From Bacteroidetes bacterium HGW-Bacteroidetes-21 (GTDB lineage Bacteria; Bacteroidota; Bacteroidia; Bacteroidales; GWA2-32-17): a stretch of DNA of 52,631 nt. Under the pieces are notes generated by a model, which was given only the letters and a program-made list of their open reading frames with translations, ran no database searches and was not told the DNA's origin. The stretch covers positions 1-52,631 of the forward strand of contig PHDH01000005.1 of NCBI GenBank assembly GCA_002840935.1, written 5' to 3'. How positions within the stretch are numbered: the stretch's first letter is position 1; the number at the start of each line of letters is the position of its first letter. The position numbers were made by a program, and so were the translations under genes. Below, in pieces: positions 1 through 9,804 of the stretch.

Positions 1-1
1 A

Positions 2-235
2 AAATCTCAGCTTTATGAAATTGAACTTCAGAAAAAACGTGAGAAACAGAATCAGTTGGAGAGCATGAAGAAAAAAATCGAATGGGGAAGCCAGATTCGC
101 AGTTACACATTACAACCTTATAAGCTGGTAAAAGATCATCGCACAGACTTTGAGTCCTCCAATCCCGATAATGTACTTGATGGAGATCTGGACGATTTTA
201 TAAAATCTTACTTATTAGAATATGGTCATTTGTAA
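2..235 (+). CDS. prfB: Peptide chain release factor 2, C-terminal fragment (5' part lies outside the window)
   Basis: The frame-2 translation is [77 protein letters not shown]. The [22 protein letters not shown] tail matches the conserved class-I release factor (RF2-type) C-terminus. TAA stop at 233-235. It is absent from the ORF track because it has no start in the window. Confidence 0.8.
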   Translation, partial: KSQLYEIELQKKREKQNQLESMKKKIEWGSQIRSYTLQPYKLVKDHRTDFESSNPDNVLDGDLDDFIKSYLLEYGHL

Positions 236-362
236 AATATCCATGAATAGAAACGAAAAGAATATTAACAACGAATTGATTATGGGCAACATAAAGATTG
301 TTGATATTTTTTTGTATCATTATCATCTTTCTAACGTATAAAATTACAAGAGAGGAAATCAA

Positions 363-875
363 ATGAAAACCACGACAGGGCTTTCCAAAATCCAGAATAA
401 CCCCCAATCACAAGTACTATACCCATTTTTTAGCAGAGTCCTTACATTCTTTGCTCTTTGTATATTTATACTTTCGACTCATACTGTTTTTTCTCAAAAT
501 GAGGGAATCTGGAAATTATACAGCGAAAATGATGGCATTAAAATTTTTACCAAAAAAGCAGAATGTCATGATAATGTAAATGGTTTACATTATGAATATG
601 TTTTTGTAAAAATTCAGAACACAAACAATACAGATAAAAGTGTAATTTTAGATCCTACTTTAACATATGGAGATAAGCAATATCCTAAAGCGTCCGACAA
701 TAACGCTGTAAAAAGTATACTCATAAAAGCTGGCAATGAAATTCAGGGTGATTGTACTGAAAACAGCCCAGAAAGCCTGAAAATTTTCAGCCGTTTTCTT
801 AATTATAGTAATCAACCTTCACTATCGGCCTTCGAACTCAACCCTAAAGTTGAAAATACCCAAACCGATGAGTAA
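363..875 (+). CDS. Hypothetical membrane-anchored or secreted protein (170 aa)
   Basis: Long ORF with a hydrophobic N-terminal segment (FFALCIFILSTHTVFSQ). Its stop (873-875) overlaps the ATG (868-870) of the downstream giant adhesin gene by 8 nt, suggesting co-transcription. No family recognised. Confidence 0.5.
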   Translation: MKTTTGLSKIQNNPQSQVLYPFFSRVLTFFALCIFILSTHTVFSQNEGIWKLYSENDGIKIFTKKAECHDNVNGLHYEYVFVKIQNTNNTDKSVILDPTLTYGDKQYPKASDNNAVKSILIKAGNEIQGDCTENSPESLKIFSRFLNYSNQPSLSAFELNPKVENTQTDE

Positions 876-3800
876 GTTTGTAAAACATATCCTAATAATA
901 CTAATTGTTTCAACACAAGCAACTCTTGGTTTTTCGCAATGCGAGATCGAAGCCTTTGGAAACAATTCAACTGCAGACACTGTCCGTATTTGTATGGGCG
1001 ATCATATTAATCTCCGTTCCAACGGAGATTGTGACGTTTATCTGATGCAAAATGACTTTAACAGTGGTAGCATAGGAAGTGGCTGGTCGTCGAATGCAAA
1101 CCCAATGTTTAATAACCCTTGTGTAGCCGGACCGGATGGATCCATTTGTTTGTGGGTTGGACCTGCCACGACTTTCCCTCGTCAATTGGTAACTGTTCCC
1201 TACTCCGTCACACAGTCGTGTACTATTTGTTTCGATATGATTTATTCTGTACAAGGTGTTCCTTCTCCGTGTGAAGGGCCAGATTTGCCCACAGAAGGCG
1301 TCCACTTGCAATGGTCGAATAATGCCGGCGCCACATGGACAGATATTAACTACTGGGGACCTAATGGTGGCTACGATGCCAACATGACAAACTGGCGTAA
1401 TTACTGTTGCAATGTACCTGTTGCCGGAACAAATATTCAATTCCGTTGGTTTCAGTCTAATACTTCAGGAAACGATTACGACCATTGGGGAATTGACAAT
1501 GTAGTGATTACTTGCCCGAGTCCTCCGGTCACCGTATGGTGGACAGGACCTGCAGGGTTTACCTATAACAACTTTAATCCTCCTTCTTTTGCACCAACAA
1601 CAAGTGGATGGTATGTTGTAAATATTTCGGACGGGAACTACTCCGCTTCTGATTCTGTTTATGTATTAATTTCTCAACCTTTATTTGTATCATTGGACCC
1701 AACAAACCCAACACTTTGTTACGGGCAAACAACCACCACCATCACCTCTCAGGTAACGGGAGGAACCCCACCATATATTTACAGTTGGAGTAACGGAGCC
1801 ACGACAACTTCCATCAACGTGGGGCAAGGCGTTTATTCTTTGATTGTTAGCGATATAGCGGGGTGTTTCTCATCTTCAGCTTCTGTATTAGTAACGGCAA
1901 ACTCAGCCCCTATAACAGTGAATGCAGGAAGCGATCAAACCTTATGTATTACAGCAACAACAGTGAATCTTACAGGAAATGTAACCGTAGCTACCGGAGG
2001 TATCTGGTCGGGGGGCAATGGTGTGTTTTCGCCCTCCAATACGAGTCTGAATGCTACCTATTATCCCAGTTCAACTGAAATACAAAATGGCGTGGTCACA
2101 CTCACGCTCACATCTACAGGAAACGGTTCCTGTCCTATAGTTACTGACAACGTTGTTATAACTTTTCACGATTTTCTGGGAAATCTTTCCATCACCAATA
2201 CGAATGTAAACTGCTATGGTGGAGATAATGGATCAGCTACAATTCAGATCACAGGCGGAAGCCAACCTTTCACTTATGCATGGAACACAAGTCCATTACA
2301 AACAACTCAAACAGCCACTAATCTTTCTTTAGGCAGTTATGTGGTGACTATTACAGATGCTATAGGATGTACAACAACATCATCTGCTGTCATTTCTCAA
2401 CCTCCCAGTCTCACGGCATTGGTTAGTCCCGAATCTGTTTCCTGTTTTGGCGGGAACACCGGGTATGCTACCGTGACAGCTTTTGGAGGAACACCAGGAT
2501 ATGCATATATATGGTCTAACGGATCCACCAGCACTACAATCGTCGGTCTGGCTGCCGGAAACTATGATGTTACAGTAACAGATGCTTTAGGGTGTCAATA
2601 CATCACCTCAACCCAAATAACGTCACCTGTTCAACTGTCGGTATCCATTTCAAACCCGACACTTGTTGCCTGCTTTGGACAAAATACCGGATCTGCCACC
2701 GTAAATGTTCTAGGTGGCACACCAGGATATACATACTTCTGGTCATCGGGAGCAGGAACTTCTCCAACAGCTATAGGAATGGCTGCAGGCAATTATAGTG
2801 TTACTGTGACAGATCAGAACGGATGTTCAGCATCAACTCAGGTTAGTATTACAGAACCCACACCATTGAATATTTCAACTACTTCAGCCAATGTAACCTG
2901 TTACGGTGGATCAAACGGATCGGCATCAGCCAATGTAACAGGAGGCAGTCCACCCTACCTGTATGTCTGGTCTCCATATGGTGGAGCAACAGCCTCAGCC
3001 AACGGACTGATTTCTGGTATTTACAGCGTTACAATAACTGATAGTCATGCATGTCAGATGGCTGCAGCCGTTACAATCACCCAGCCCGAACCACTATTAA
3101 TCTCAGCCACAACTCAGAATGTACAATGTTTCAATACAAGTACCGGTTCTGCTTCCTTGTCTGTCAGCGGTGGTGTTTCTCCTTATATTTATCACTGGAA
3201 TCCGAATATAAGTACCCTTCCAATAGCTACCGGACTGACTGCAGGCAATTACAACGTTACCGTAAGTGATGCCAACAACTGCTCCGTTTCAACCAATGTT
3301 TTTATTAATCAGCCTCTTACTCCACTTTCTGGAAGTATCTCTGTTAACAATATTTCATGCTATGGATTACAAAACGGCAGCATGACAGCCAATCCATCCG
3401 GAGGAACACCACCTTATGTTTTCAACTGGCAACCCGGAGGCAATTCGACTCAGACCGTTACAAATCTTGTCGTAGGAAACTATTTTGTGACAATTACGGA
3501 TGCTAACCAATGTACTGTTATTCAATCGGCCTCACTGAGTCAGCCCGGCGGCATCAATCTTAATGCAGCTACCTCAGAATCAAGTTGCAACAACGCAACC
3601 GGAATGGCCTCTGTGAGTCCTTCTGGCGGCACCTCTCCTTATACTTACAACTGGATGCCCGGAGGAATAACGACATCTTCAATTAATTTAATTCCCTCTG
3701 GCATATATTACGTTACAGTATCCGATGCCATGGGTTGTTCTTCTGCAGGAGTGGTCACTGTAAATGATTTTGCCGGACCTCAGGTCTCTATTACAGACAT

Positions 3801-6800
3801 ACATAACGCAACCTGTTTTGGAGTCCATAACGGATGGGCAAGTGCAACCGCCACAGGTGGATTGCCTCCTTACAATTACGCTTGGTATCCCTATGGTGGC
3901 AATAATGATACAGCTTGGAATCTAGGTGCCGGGACATACACCCTGATTGTTTCTGATGCCAATGGCTGTCAGGGACTAACTGTAACGAACCCTGCTATTA
4001 CTCAACCAACAGCTATTTCCATATCCTCATCACAAGTTAATGTGGCTTGTACCGGTGCTTCTAACGGATCAGCCAATCTTACGGTAACAGGAGGAACTCC
4101 ACCCTACACTTATCTATGGTCTCCTGGCGGTTTTACTTTTGCCAATCCTATAGGTTTAAGTCAGGGTACTTATCAGGTTACGGTCAGCGACTTTAATCAT
4201 TGCGAAGATTATTATTTTGTTGACATTATCGAACCACCCACATTAACAGCCACCATTTCTGCCTCACAAAATATTAGCTGTTATGGCTTGAATAACGGAT
4301 CAGCGACGGTTCTTCCCAGCGGTGGCACACCTCCGTATTCCTACCTCTGGTCGCCATCTGGCTCAACCTCACAAACAGCCACGGGATTGACTTCAGGAAC
4401 ACATACTGTTTTTGTATCTGACGCCAAAGGTTGTTCCTTTAGTGTTTCGGTTTTCCTGACTCAACCTGCACCTTTGTCTATGATCACCGGATTTGACCAG
4501 CCTTTATGCAATAGTGGTGCGGATGCATCTGCATGGGTCTTTGCCTCCGGAGGATCACCTCCTTATACTTACACATGGTCTCCCTTTGGCGGTAGCAATG
4601 ACACAGCAATTAATCTTCATGCTGGAATATATTCCGTACTGGTAACCGACTTTTTATCCTGTCAAAGTATTGCCATGGTAAACATTTCACAACCACCTCC
4701 TTTGGCCGCTTCCATCAGTAATTTTTCAGATGTCGACTGCTTTGATGGCAGCAATGGTTATGCTATAGCTACTGTTTCTGGCGGCACACCTACTTATCAA
4801 TATCTGTGGTCGAATGGCGTAATTTCTCCCGCTAACACAAACCTATCCAATGGCGACTATTATATTACAATTACCGACGCTAATGGCTGTATAGATATTG
4901 ATTCAGTCAGCATTCAGGAACCAGCCGCTACACTGATTTTAAATATTACTCATCAGGATATTTCCTGTTATGGGTTCAATAATGGCTCTGCTTTTGCACA
5001 AGTAAACGGTGGAACCCCTCCCTATACCTACATCTGGGTTCCTTCAGTTCAATTTACTCCACAGGCAAATAATCTGGCTGCCGGGACGTACACCGTATCA
5101 GTCATTGATGCCAACGGTTGTCAGGCTAGTTCCAGCGTAACATTAGCTCAACCTCAGGCCATGACGACCAATGCTTATATGGTTGGAGCCGTTCAATGTA
5201 ACGCTACCGCTACCGGATCTGCCACAGTGACGGCCATGGGCGGTGTTTTACCATACGATTTCAACTGGAGTACAGTTCCTGTTCAAACAACTCCTGATGC
5301 ACAAGGAATATTCGCTGGATTCTATTATGTCACAGTAACAGATGCCAATGGCTGCCATACGGTTGACTCAGTATTAATCTCAGAACCACCCTCCCTACAA
5401 TCGGTCATTGTATCTCAAACTACGGTATCCTGTTTCGGGGGGAACAATGCAATCGCAACGGGTGGAGCCATTGGAGGTACACCTCCCTATCTTTTTGCCT
5501 GGAGCACTCAACCCATTCAGACAAGCCAATCGATTGCCGGATTATATGCCGGAGCATACACATTGACAGTTACGGATAATAATGGTTGTACAACTACTAC
5601 CAACCTAAATATTAGCCAACCCACACAAGTTATTACTTCGGTAACCCCAAATATTATTATTTGCAAGGGAGAAGTTACCGTACTTTCAGCATCAGCCAGT
5701 GGAGGAACCTCTCCTTATGTATACAATTGGAACCAGTCGCTGGGATTTGGTTATTATCACACTGTAAATCCTCAATCCAACACCGAATATATAGCCACAG
5801 CCTTCGACGCAAATGGATGTATGGGAATTTCAGATACCATTTCTGTTCATGTGCTGGCTTTATACCCACAGGACGTTAACCTCACCGCTTTTTCGCCCAT
5901 TTGCCCGGGAAATAGCAGCGAAGTATCTCTCACGGCAAATTGCGATATATTCGATACGCTGACTTATGCCTGGAGTCATGGTTTGGGACCCGGCACAGGG
6001 CCTTTCGTAGTAGTTCCTACGCAACCTACCTATTACGTGGTAACCGTAACCAATACTTGCGGATTTTCGGTCGCAGATTCAGCTCTTGTGAACTTTGCCC
6101 CTCCTCCAACCATACAATTTTCGACCAGCGATATTCAGGGCTGTGTGCCACTGACCATCGACTTTACTGATAATTCATGGACATCATTTGACGACATCAG
6201 TTCGTGGCAGTGGAATTTTGGCGATGGAAACACCTCTTCAGAACAAAATGTTTCCCATACTTTTACGACTTCCGGCACCTATGCCGTATGGCTCACCCTG
6301 ACAACCACACAAGGTTGTACGAGTAATTCCCAAGGCTATCCCCTTGAAATTTTTGCCTTCGAAAAACCAACAGCTTCGTTTAACGTAAATGCCACGACGG
6401 TTTATCTGCCCAACGAACCTGTCATTTGCACCAATACTTCCCAAGACGCTCTGGCTTATTGGTGGTCGTTTGGAGACGGATACACCACAACACAGGAACA
6501 CCCGCGTCATACATATTCACAACTGGGAGTCTACACTATTACACTCATTGCAACAAACACTTATACCTGTTCAGACACCGCTACAATTGAAATCGATGCC
6601 ACAAGCGATATTATTTTCCCCAATGTGTTTACTCCAAATCCAGACATTGCTCCGGGAGGCGTATATGATGTGAATGACTACAGCAATCAGATATTCTTTC
6701 CCTTTGCCTCCGGAATTGAAGAATTCAAAATGCAGATTTTTAATCGCTGGGGGGAACTGATTTTCGAAACCAACGACATTGCCATTGGATGGGATGGGTA

Positions 6801-6909
6801 CTACCGGGGTGACCTTTGCCAACAGGACGTATATGTTTACAAAGCTACAGCAATATTTATTGATGGTCATAAAGTTGAAAAAGTGGGCGACATATTATTA
6901 CTACGATGA
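868..6909 (+). CDS. SprB-repeat giant cell-surface adhesin with a T9SS type-B (gliding-motility) C-terminal sorting domain
   Basis: Signal peptide MSKFVKHILIILIVSTQATLGFSQ from ATG 868; the track start at 850 is a TTG, so I prefer the ATG. A Cys-rich N-terminal domain ends in DHWGIDNVV (MAM or galactose-binding-like). It has about 16-17 SprB-type repeats of the form C[YF]G..NG.A......GG.PPY.Y.W.. and 2 PKD modules (WQWNFGDGNTS, YWWSFGDGYTT). The C-terminus IFPNVFTPNPD...FNRWGELIFE...GWDGYYRG...DVYVYK...ILLLR is typical of the TIGR04131-type domain. Confidence 0.9.
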   Translation: MSKFVKHILIILIVSTQATLGFSQCEIEAFGNNSTADTVRICMGDHINLRSNGDCDVYLMQNDFNSGSIGSGWSSNANPMFNNPCVAGPDGSICLWVGPATTFPRQLVTVPYSVTQSCTICFDMIYSVQGVPSPCEGPDLPTEGVHLQWSNNAGATWTDINYWGPNGGYDANMTNWRNYCCNVPVAGTNIQFRWFQSNTSGNDYDHWGIDNVVITCPSPPVTVWWTGPAGFTYNNFNPPSFAPTTSGWYVVNISDGNYSASDSVYVLISQPLFVSLDPTNPTLCYGQTTTTITSQVTGGTPPYIYSWSNGATTTSINVGQGVYSLIVSDIAGCFSSSASVLVTANSAPITVNAGSDQTLCITATTVNLTGNVTVATGGIWSGGNGVFSPSNTSLNATYYPSSTEIQNGVVTLTLTSTGNGSCPIVTDNVVITFHDFLGNLSITNTNVNCYGGDNGSATIQITGGSQPFTYAWNTSPLQTTQTATNLSLGSYVVTITDAIGCTTTSSAVISQPPSLTALVSPESVSCFGGNTGYATVTAFGGTPGYAYIWSNGSTSTTIVGLAAGNYDVTVTDALGCQYITSTQITSPVQLSVSISNPTLVACFGQNTGSATVNVLGGTPGYTYFWSSGAGTSPTAIGMAAGNYSVTVTDQNGCSASTQVSITEPTPLNISTTSANVTCYGGSNGSASANVTGGSPPYLYVWSPYGGATASANGLISGIYSVTITDSHACQMAAAVTITQPEPLLISATTQNVQCFNTSTGSASLSVSGGVSPYIYHWNPNISTLPIATGLTAGNYNVTVSDANNCSVSTNVFINQPLTPLSGSISVNNISCYGLQNGSMTANPSGGTPPYVFNWQPGGNSTQTVTNLVVGNYFVTITDANQCTVIQSASLSQPGGINLNAATSESSCNNATGMASVSPSGGTSPYTYNWMPGGITTSSINLIPSGIYYVTVSDAMGCSSAGVVTVNDFAGPQVSITDIHNATCFGVHNGWASATATGGLPPYNYAWYPYGGNNDTAWNLGAGTYTLIVSDANGCQGLTVTNPAITQPTAISISSSQVNVACTGASNGSANLTVTGGTPPYTYLWSPGGFTFANPIGLSQGTYQVTVSDFNHCEDYYFVDIIEPPTLTATISASQNISCYGLNNGSATVLPSGGTPPYSYLWSPSGSTSQTATGLTSGTHTVFVSDAKGCSFSVSVFLTQPAPLSMITGFDQPLCNSGADASAWVFASGGSPPYTYTWSPFGGSNDTAINLHAGIYSVLVTDFLSCQSIAMVNISQPPPLAASISNFSDVDCFDGSNGYAIATVSGGTPTYQYLWSNGVISPANTNLSNGDYYITITDANGCIDIDSVSIQEPAATLILNITHQDISCYGFNNGSAFAQVNGGTPPYTYIWVPSVQFTPQANNLAAGTYTVSVIDANGCQASSSVTLAQPQAMTTNAYMVGAVQCNATATGSATVTAMGGVLPYDFNWSTVPVQTTPDAQGIFAGFYYVTVTDANGCHTVDSVLISEPPSLQSVIVSQTTVSCFGGNNAIATGGAIGGTPPYLFAWSTQPIQTSQSIAGLYAGAYTLTVTDNNGCTTTTNLNISQPTQVITSVTPNIIICKGEVTVLSASASGGTSPYVYNWNQSLGFGYYHTVNPQSNTEYIATAFDANGCMGISDTISVHVLALYPQDVNLTAFSPICPGNSSEVSLTANCDIFDTLTYAWSHGLGPGTGPFVVVPTQPTYYVVTVTNTCGFSVADSALVNFAPPPTIQFSTSDIQGCVPLTIDFTDNSWTSFDDISSWQWNFGDGNTSSEQNVSHTFTTSGTYAVWLTLTTTQGCTSNSQGYPLEIFAFEKPTASFNVNATTVYLPNEPVICTNTSQDALAYWWSFGDGYTTTQEHPRHTYSQLGVYTITLIATNTYTCSDTATIEIDATSDIIFPNVFTPNPDIAPGGVYDVNDYSNQIFFPFASGIEEFKMQIFNRWGELIFETNDIAIGWDGYYRGDLCQQDVYVYKATAIFIDGHKVEKVGDILLLR
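2180..5622 (+). repeat. Tandem array of about 15 SprB-type protein repeats (about 76 aa, about 230 nt per unit) inside the adhesin gene
   Basis: Units start at recurring Cys codons, for example TGC 2212 and TGT 5431. Each has the motif C-x-G-x-x-N/T-G-x-A ... GG-(T/S)-PPY-x-Y-x-W and ends in ..T(V/I)TD.NGC. One isolated copy lies at about 1690-1905 and a degenerate one at about 5650-5870. The copies are clearly diverged at the nucleotide level. Confidence 0.85.
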
Positions 6910-7907
6910 GACGAATTACTTACATATTAATACTGTTGCTTTTTACAGCAAAAGTTCAGGCCCAGGACCTGCAACTGACACAGTTTTATGCGTCTCCGAT
7001 ATATCTAAATCCCGCTTTTACAGGAGCCAATGCAGACCAAAGAATTTCCACTAATTTCAGAAATCAGTGGGCAGGACTCCCCGGAACGTATAAATCGTTT
7101 CTTGTTTCGTACGATCAGTACTTTAACAATTACAGAAGCGGACTTGGCGCCATGATTATCAGCGATAAAGCGGGTACTCAAGGATTAAGCAATAATATGA
7201 TGGCTTTGAGTTATGCCTACGATTATCGCTTTCACCGCTTTTGGTCGCTATCCATGGGAATGAGGGCAGGTTACGGTTGGCGTAGTCTGGATTTTAGCCG
7301 TTTACTTTTCGGCGATCAGATTGCCCGAAACTCTCCTACCTCACTACAAACGCCTATCCCCGAAAAAGTAAGTTACATGGACATTTCAGCAGGGGCTTTG
7401 CTTTTCTCTTCCATGGAATGGATAGGAGTTTCTTTCAACCACATTAACCGTCCCGAAGAGACATTCCTGAACAATGAAGCGTCACTACCTATCAAAGGAT
7501 CTGTTCATGGGGGAATCAATTTTCCAATTGGGAATTCAGGAGGAGAAGGAAGAAGAGACGAAAAACCAGTGATTGTCACAGCGTTTCAATACCGCTTTCA
7601 GAAAGATTTTGATCAATTTGACATAGGACTTTACTACAAAAAACCCATGTATTTTGCCGGCCTGTGGTACCGAGGTCTTCCAGGATTTAAAGCTTACAAA
7701 CCGGGCTATAGTAATCACGATTGCGTTGCTTTTCTTGTGGGAGGAATGTATAAAAATATCACCTTAGGTTATAGCTACGATATTACAATTTCACTACTGG
7801 GTATGACTTCTGGCGGCTCACACGAAATTTCTCTGGGATACAATATTGTCAATCCTAAAAAGCCCAAAAAACACCGAAGCAAAATTATTCCTTGCCCCAA
7901 GTTTTAA
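6906..7907 (+). CDS. PorP/SprF-family type IX secretion system outer-membrane protein
   Basis: Signal peptide followed by AQDLQLTQFYASPIYLNPAFTGANADQRISTNFRNQWAGLPG, the family-defining N-terminal motif (TIGR03519-like). ATG 6906-6908 overlaps the adhesin TGA 6907-6909 (ATGA coupling). This is the classical sprB-sprF gene arrangement. Confidence 0.85.
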   Translation: MRRITYILILLLFTAKVQAQDLQLTQFYASPIYLNPAFTGANADQRISTNFRNQWAGLPGTYKSFLVSYDQYFNNYRSGLGAMIISDKAGTQGLSNNMMALSYAYDYRFHRFWSLSMGMRAGYGWRSLDFSRLLFGDQIARNSPTSLQTPIPEKVSYMDISAGALLFSSMEWIGVSFNHINRPEETFLNNEASLPIKGSVHGGINFPIGNSGGEGRRDEKPVIVTAFQYRFQKDFDQFDIGLYYKKPMYFAGLWYRGLPGFKAYKPGYSNHDCVAFLVGGMYKNITLGYSYDITISLLGMTSGGSHEISLGYNIVNPKKPKKHRSKIIPCPKF

Positions 7908-7920
7908 ATTCAATTCCAGA

Positions 7921-8664
7921 TTAATTCTTTCCGAAGAACAAAAACTCGGTATGTCCGTCGCACTTGGCTGTTTTGAAATATCCAATGCGCCAGTGGAACT
8001 CAAGTCTAAGCTGCAATGTCAGCGGGTTGGTCGTATAAAGATCGGTATAAGCAGAAGTACTATACAAAGGACCGGCATAGGGATAATGCTCATCCTGCAT
8101 AATATTTGTAAGCGCATAATTCAGGCGAACACCCAGACTTATGTCGAAAGCTTCCTGATAATAAAGTGGACCACCAAAGCCTAACTCAATGGTAGTATAT
8201 CTTTCAGCATACATATTGCCGCCACGATAATCAGGCGTTTTACTGTTGGTTGTAAATTTAGGACCAATTTCAAAATATCCGGTTTCAACTCCTCCGGCAC
8301 GCAACAAGATAGCATGACCTGTAGTCCCTAACACAATTTTATCCGTATATTCTTCGCTTAATGTAGTAGGGTTATTTGATACCATATCATACGACTGGGT
8401 CAGTGTTTGGCTGCTGAATTCATATACTAATCCCATATTAAATGGGAACATGACTCCAAACTTTCCATAAAAGCCATATGTGGGATTCAATGCTGAGGCC
8501 TTAACCTCGACCCCTTCAAAAAAATGTTTCTCAAAAAACATGGCATTACCAAAACCACCGCCACCAGAAAGAAAAAACCAGGTGGGTGACTTATCTCCTT
8601 TTTTTTGGGCAAAAGAAGAATAGGTTAACATTAACAAGATGGAGAATATCAGAACTCTTTTCAT
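7921..8664 (-). CDS. Hypothetical outer-membrane beta-barrel-like protein (247 aa)
   Basis: Signal peptide MKRVLIFSILLMLTYSSFAQ. The rest is rich in Gly, aromatic residues and alternating hydrophobic stretches. It is convergent with the PorP/SprF gene with a 13-nt gap. No specific family recognised. Confidence 0.6.
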   Translation of the reverse strand: MKRVLIFSILLMLTYSSFAQKKGDKSPTWFFLSGGGGFGNAMFFEKHFFEGVEVKASALNPTYGFYGKFGVMFPFNMGLVYEFSSQTLTQSYDMVSNNPTTLSEEYTDKIVLGTTGHAILLRAGGVETGYFEIGPKFTTNSKTPDYRGGNMYAERYTTIELGFGGPLYYQEAFDISLGVRLNYALTNIMQDEHYPYAGPLYSTSAYTDLYTTNPLTLQLRLEFHWRIGYFKTAKCDGHTEFLFFGKN

Positions 8665-8720
8665 GCTTTTTTTTTACAATTATAATTAAAAAGGATTAAT
8701 CTCCCTTCAGTTATTTTGTA

Positions 8721-8728
8721 TATTTTTG
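8721..8728 (+). promoter_or_regulatory. Putative Bacteroidota -7 promoter box (TAnnTTTG) for the epimerase/UpxY operon
   Basis: TATTTTTG lies 14 nt upstream of ATG 8742. Confidence 0.35.
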
Positions 8729-8741
8729 AAAAAAATATGGC

Positions 8742-9803
8742 ATGGCACATCAAAAAATTCTTGTAACCGGAACAGCTGGCTTTATTGGATTTCACACCGC
8801 CCGTTATCTGTTGAACCGTGGAGATGAAGTGTGGGGATACGATAACATTAATGATTATTACGATGTCACTCTCAAGCATGCACGTTTGGCAGAACTAGGA
8901 ATAGATATCAATCATGTTGAATATGGAAAAACTATTAATTCTTTTTCAGGCAATAATTTTCATTTTGTAAAAGGGAATCTGGAGGACGAAGAATTACTCA
9001 ATAAAGTATTTAAAGAGCAAACGTTTGATGGGGTTATACATCTGGCTGCACAAGCAGGCGTAAGATATAGTTTAACCAACCCTCATGCTTATTTAAAATC
9101 GAACTGGGAAGGGTTTCTCAACATACTAGAGGCCCGTCGTCATTATGGCAACGGACATTTGGTTTTTGCCAGTTCATCTTCTGTTTATGGCCTCAACCAG
9201 AACTATCCTCTGGCTGTGGGACAAAGCGTTGATCACCCTATAAGCCTCTATGCCGCATCCAAAAAAAGCAACGAATTGATGGCGCATTGCTATAGTTATC
9301 TATACGGGTTTCCGTCTACCGGGCTGAGGTTTTTTACAGTGTATGGCCCGTGGGGTCGTCCTGATATGGCTTTGTTTATTTTCACAAAAAATATTCTCGA
9401 AGGCAAACCCATTGAAGTTTACAACGAAGGGAAAATGATCCGCGACTTTACTTTTGTAGATGATATAGTTGAAGGAATAGTTCGGGTTTACGACAACGCC
9501 CCTGAAGGAAATCCGTTATGGGATGGCAAAGACCCTGATCCGTCCACCAGTTGCGCCCCCTGGCGTGTCTTTAATATTGGCAATAATAATCCAGTTGAAC
9601 TTCTTTCATATATTTCTGCCATAGAAGATGTACTGGGTAAAAAGGCCGAAAAAATCCTACTCCCCATGCAACCCGGTGACGTGGCTGCAACCAATGCAGA
9701 TGTTGCTGCCCTTGAAAAAGCGGTAGGTTACCGTCCTACAACGGGCATACAAGAAGGTATTTCAAAATTTATCGACTGGTATCGCAAGTTTTACAAAGTA
9801 TAA
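8742..9803 (+). CDS. NAD-dependent epimerase, UDP-glucuronate 4-epimerase-like
   Basis: Rossmann motif [11 protein letters not shown], catalytic YAASKKSNE (YxxxK), and [17 protein letters not shown], which is characteristic of the UDP-glucuronate 4-epimerase (Cap1J/LpsL-type) SDR subgroup. Confidence 0.85.
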   Translation: MAHQKILVTGTAGFIGFHTARYLLNRGDEVWGYDNINDYYDVTLKHARLAELGIDINHVEYGKTINSFSGNNFHFVKGNLEDEELLNKVFKEQTFDGVIHLAAQAGVRYSLTNPHAYLKSNWEGFLNILEARRHYGNGHLVFASSSSVYGLNQNYPLAVGQSVDHPISLYAASKKSNELMAHCYSYLYGFPSTGLRFFTVYGPWGRPDMALFIFTKNILEGKPIEVYNEGKMIRDFTFVDDIVEGIVRVYDNAPEGNPLWDGKDPDPSTSCAPWRVFNIGNNNPVELLSYISAIEDVLGKKAEKILLPMQPGDVAATNADVAALEKAVGYRPTTGIQEGISKFIDWYRKFYKV

Positions 9804-9804
9804 C

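Noticed and set aside
287-314. Possible prfB terminator (CAACA-7 nt-TGTTG followed by ATATTTTTTT)
   Set aside because: The stem is only 5 bp and AT-rich, which is too weak to call.
198-407. 69-aa minus-strand ORF between prfB and the 170-aa gene
   Set aside because: It overlaps the prfB stop region and the next gene's start, lies in AT-rich intergenic sequence, and resembles no known protein.
850-867. TTG starts proposed by the ORF track (850, 21009, 30794, 42666, 43413) and long N-terminal extensions (12344, 29512, 31909, 35564, 36201)
   Set aside because: Downstream ATG or GTG codons give canonical signal peptides or conserved N-termini. Several extensions overlap the preceding gene or lie upstream of the predicted -7 box.
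967-1440. 157-aa antisense ORF inside the adhesin gene, and similar antisense or alternate-frame ORFs at 24755-25129, 25667-26035, 36041-36457, 44408-44815, 45498-45893, 11179-11598 and 31160-31489
   Set aside because: All are fully embedded in much longer ORFs with strong family signatures. They show low-complexity or odd composition and have no promoter box or recognisable motif. They are most likely stop-codon-poor shadow frames.
2180-5622. Regular ~230-nt periodicity that could superficially suggest a repeat array or CRISPR-like structure
   Set aside because: It lies entirely within one long ORF and corresponds to SprB protein repeats. There are no short identical direct repeats separated by unique spacers, and no cas genes.
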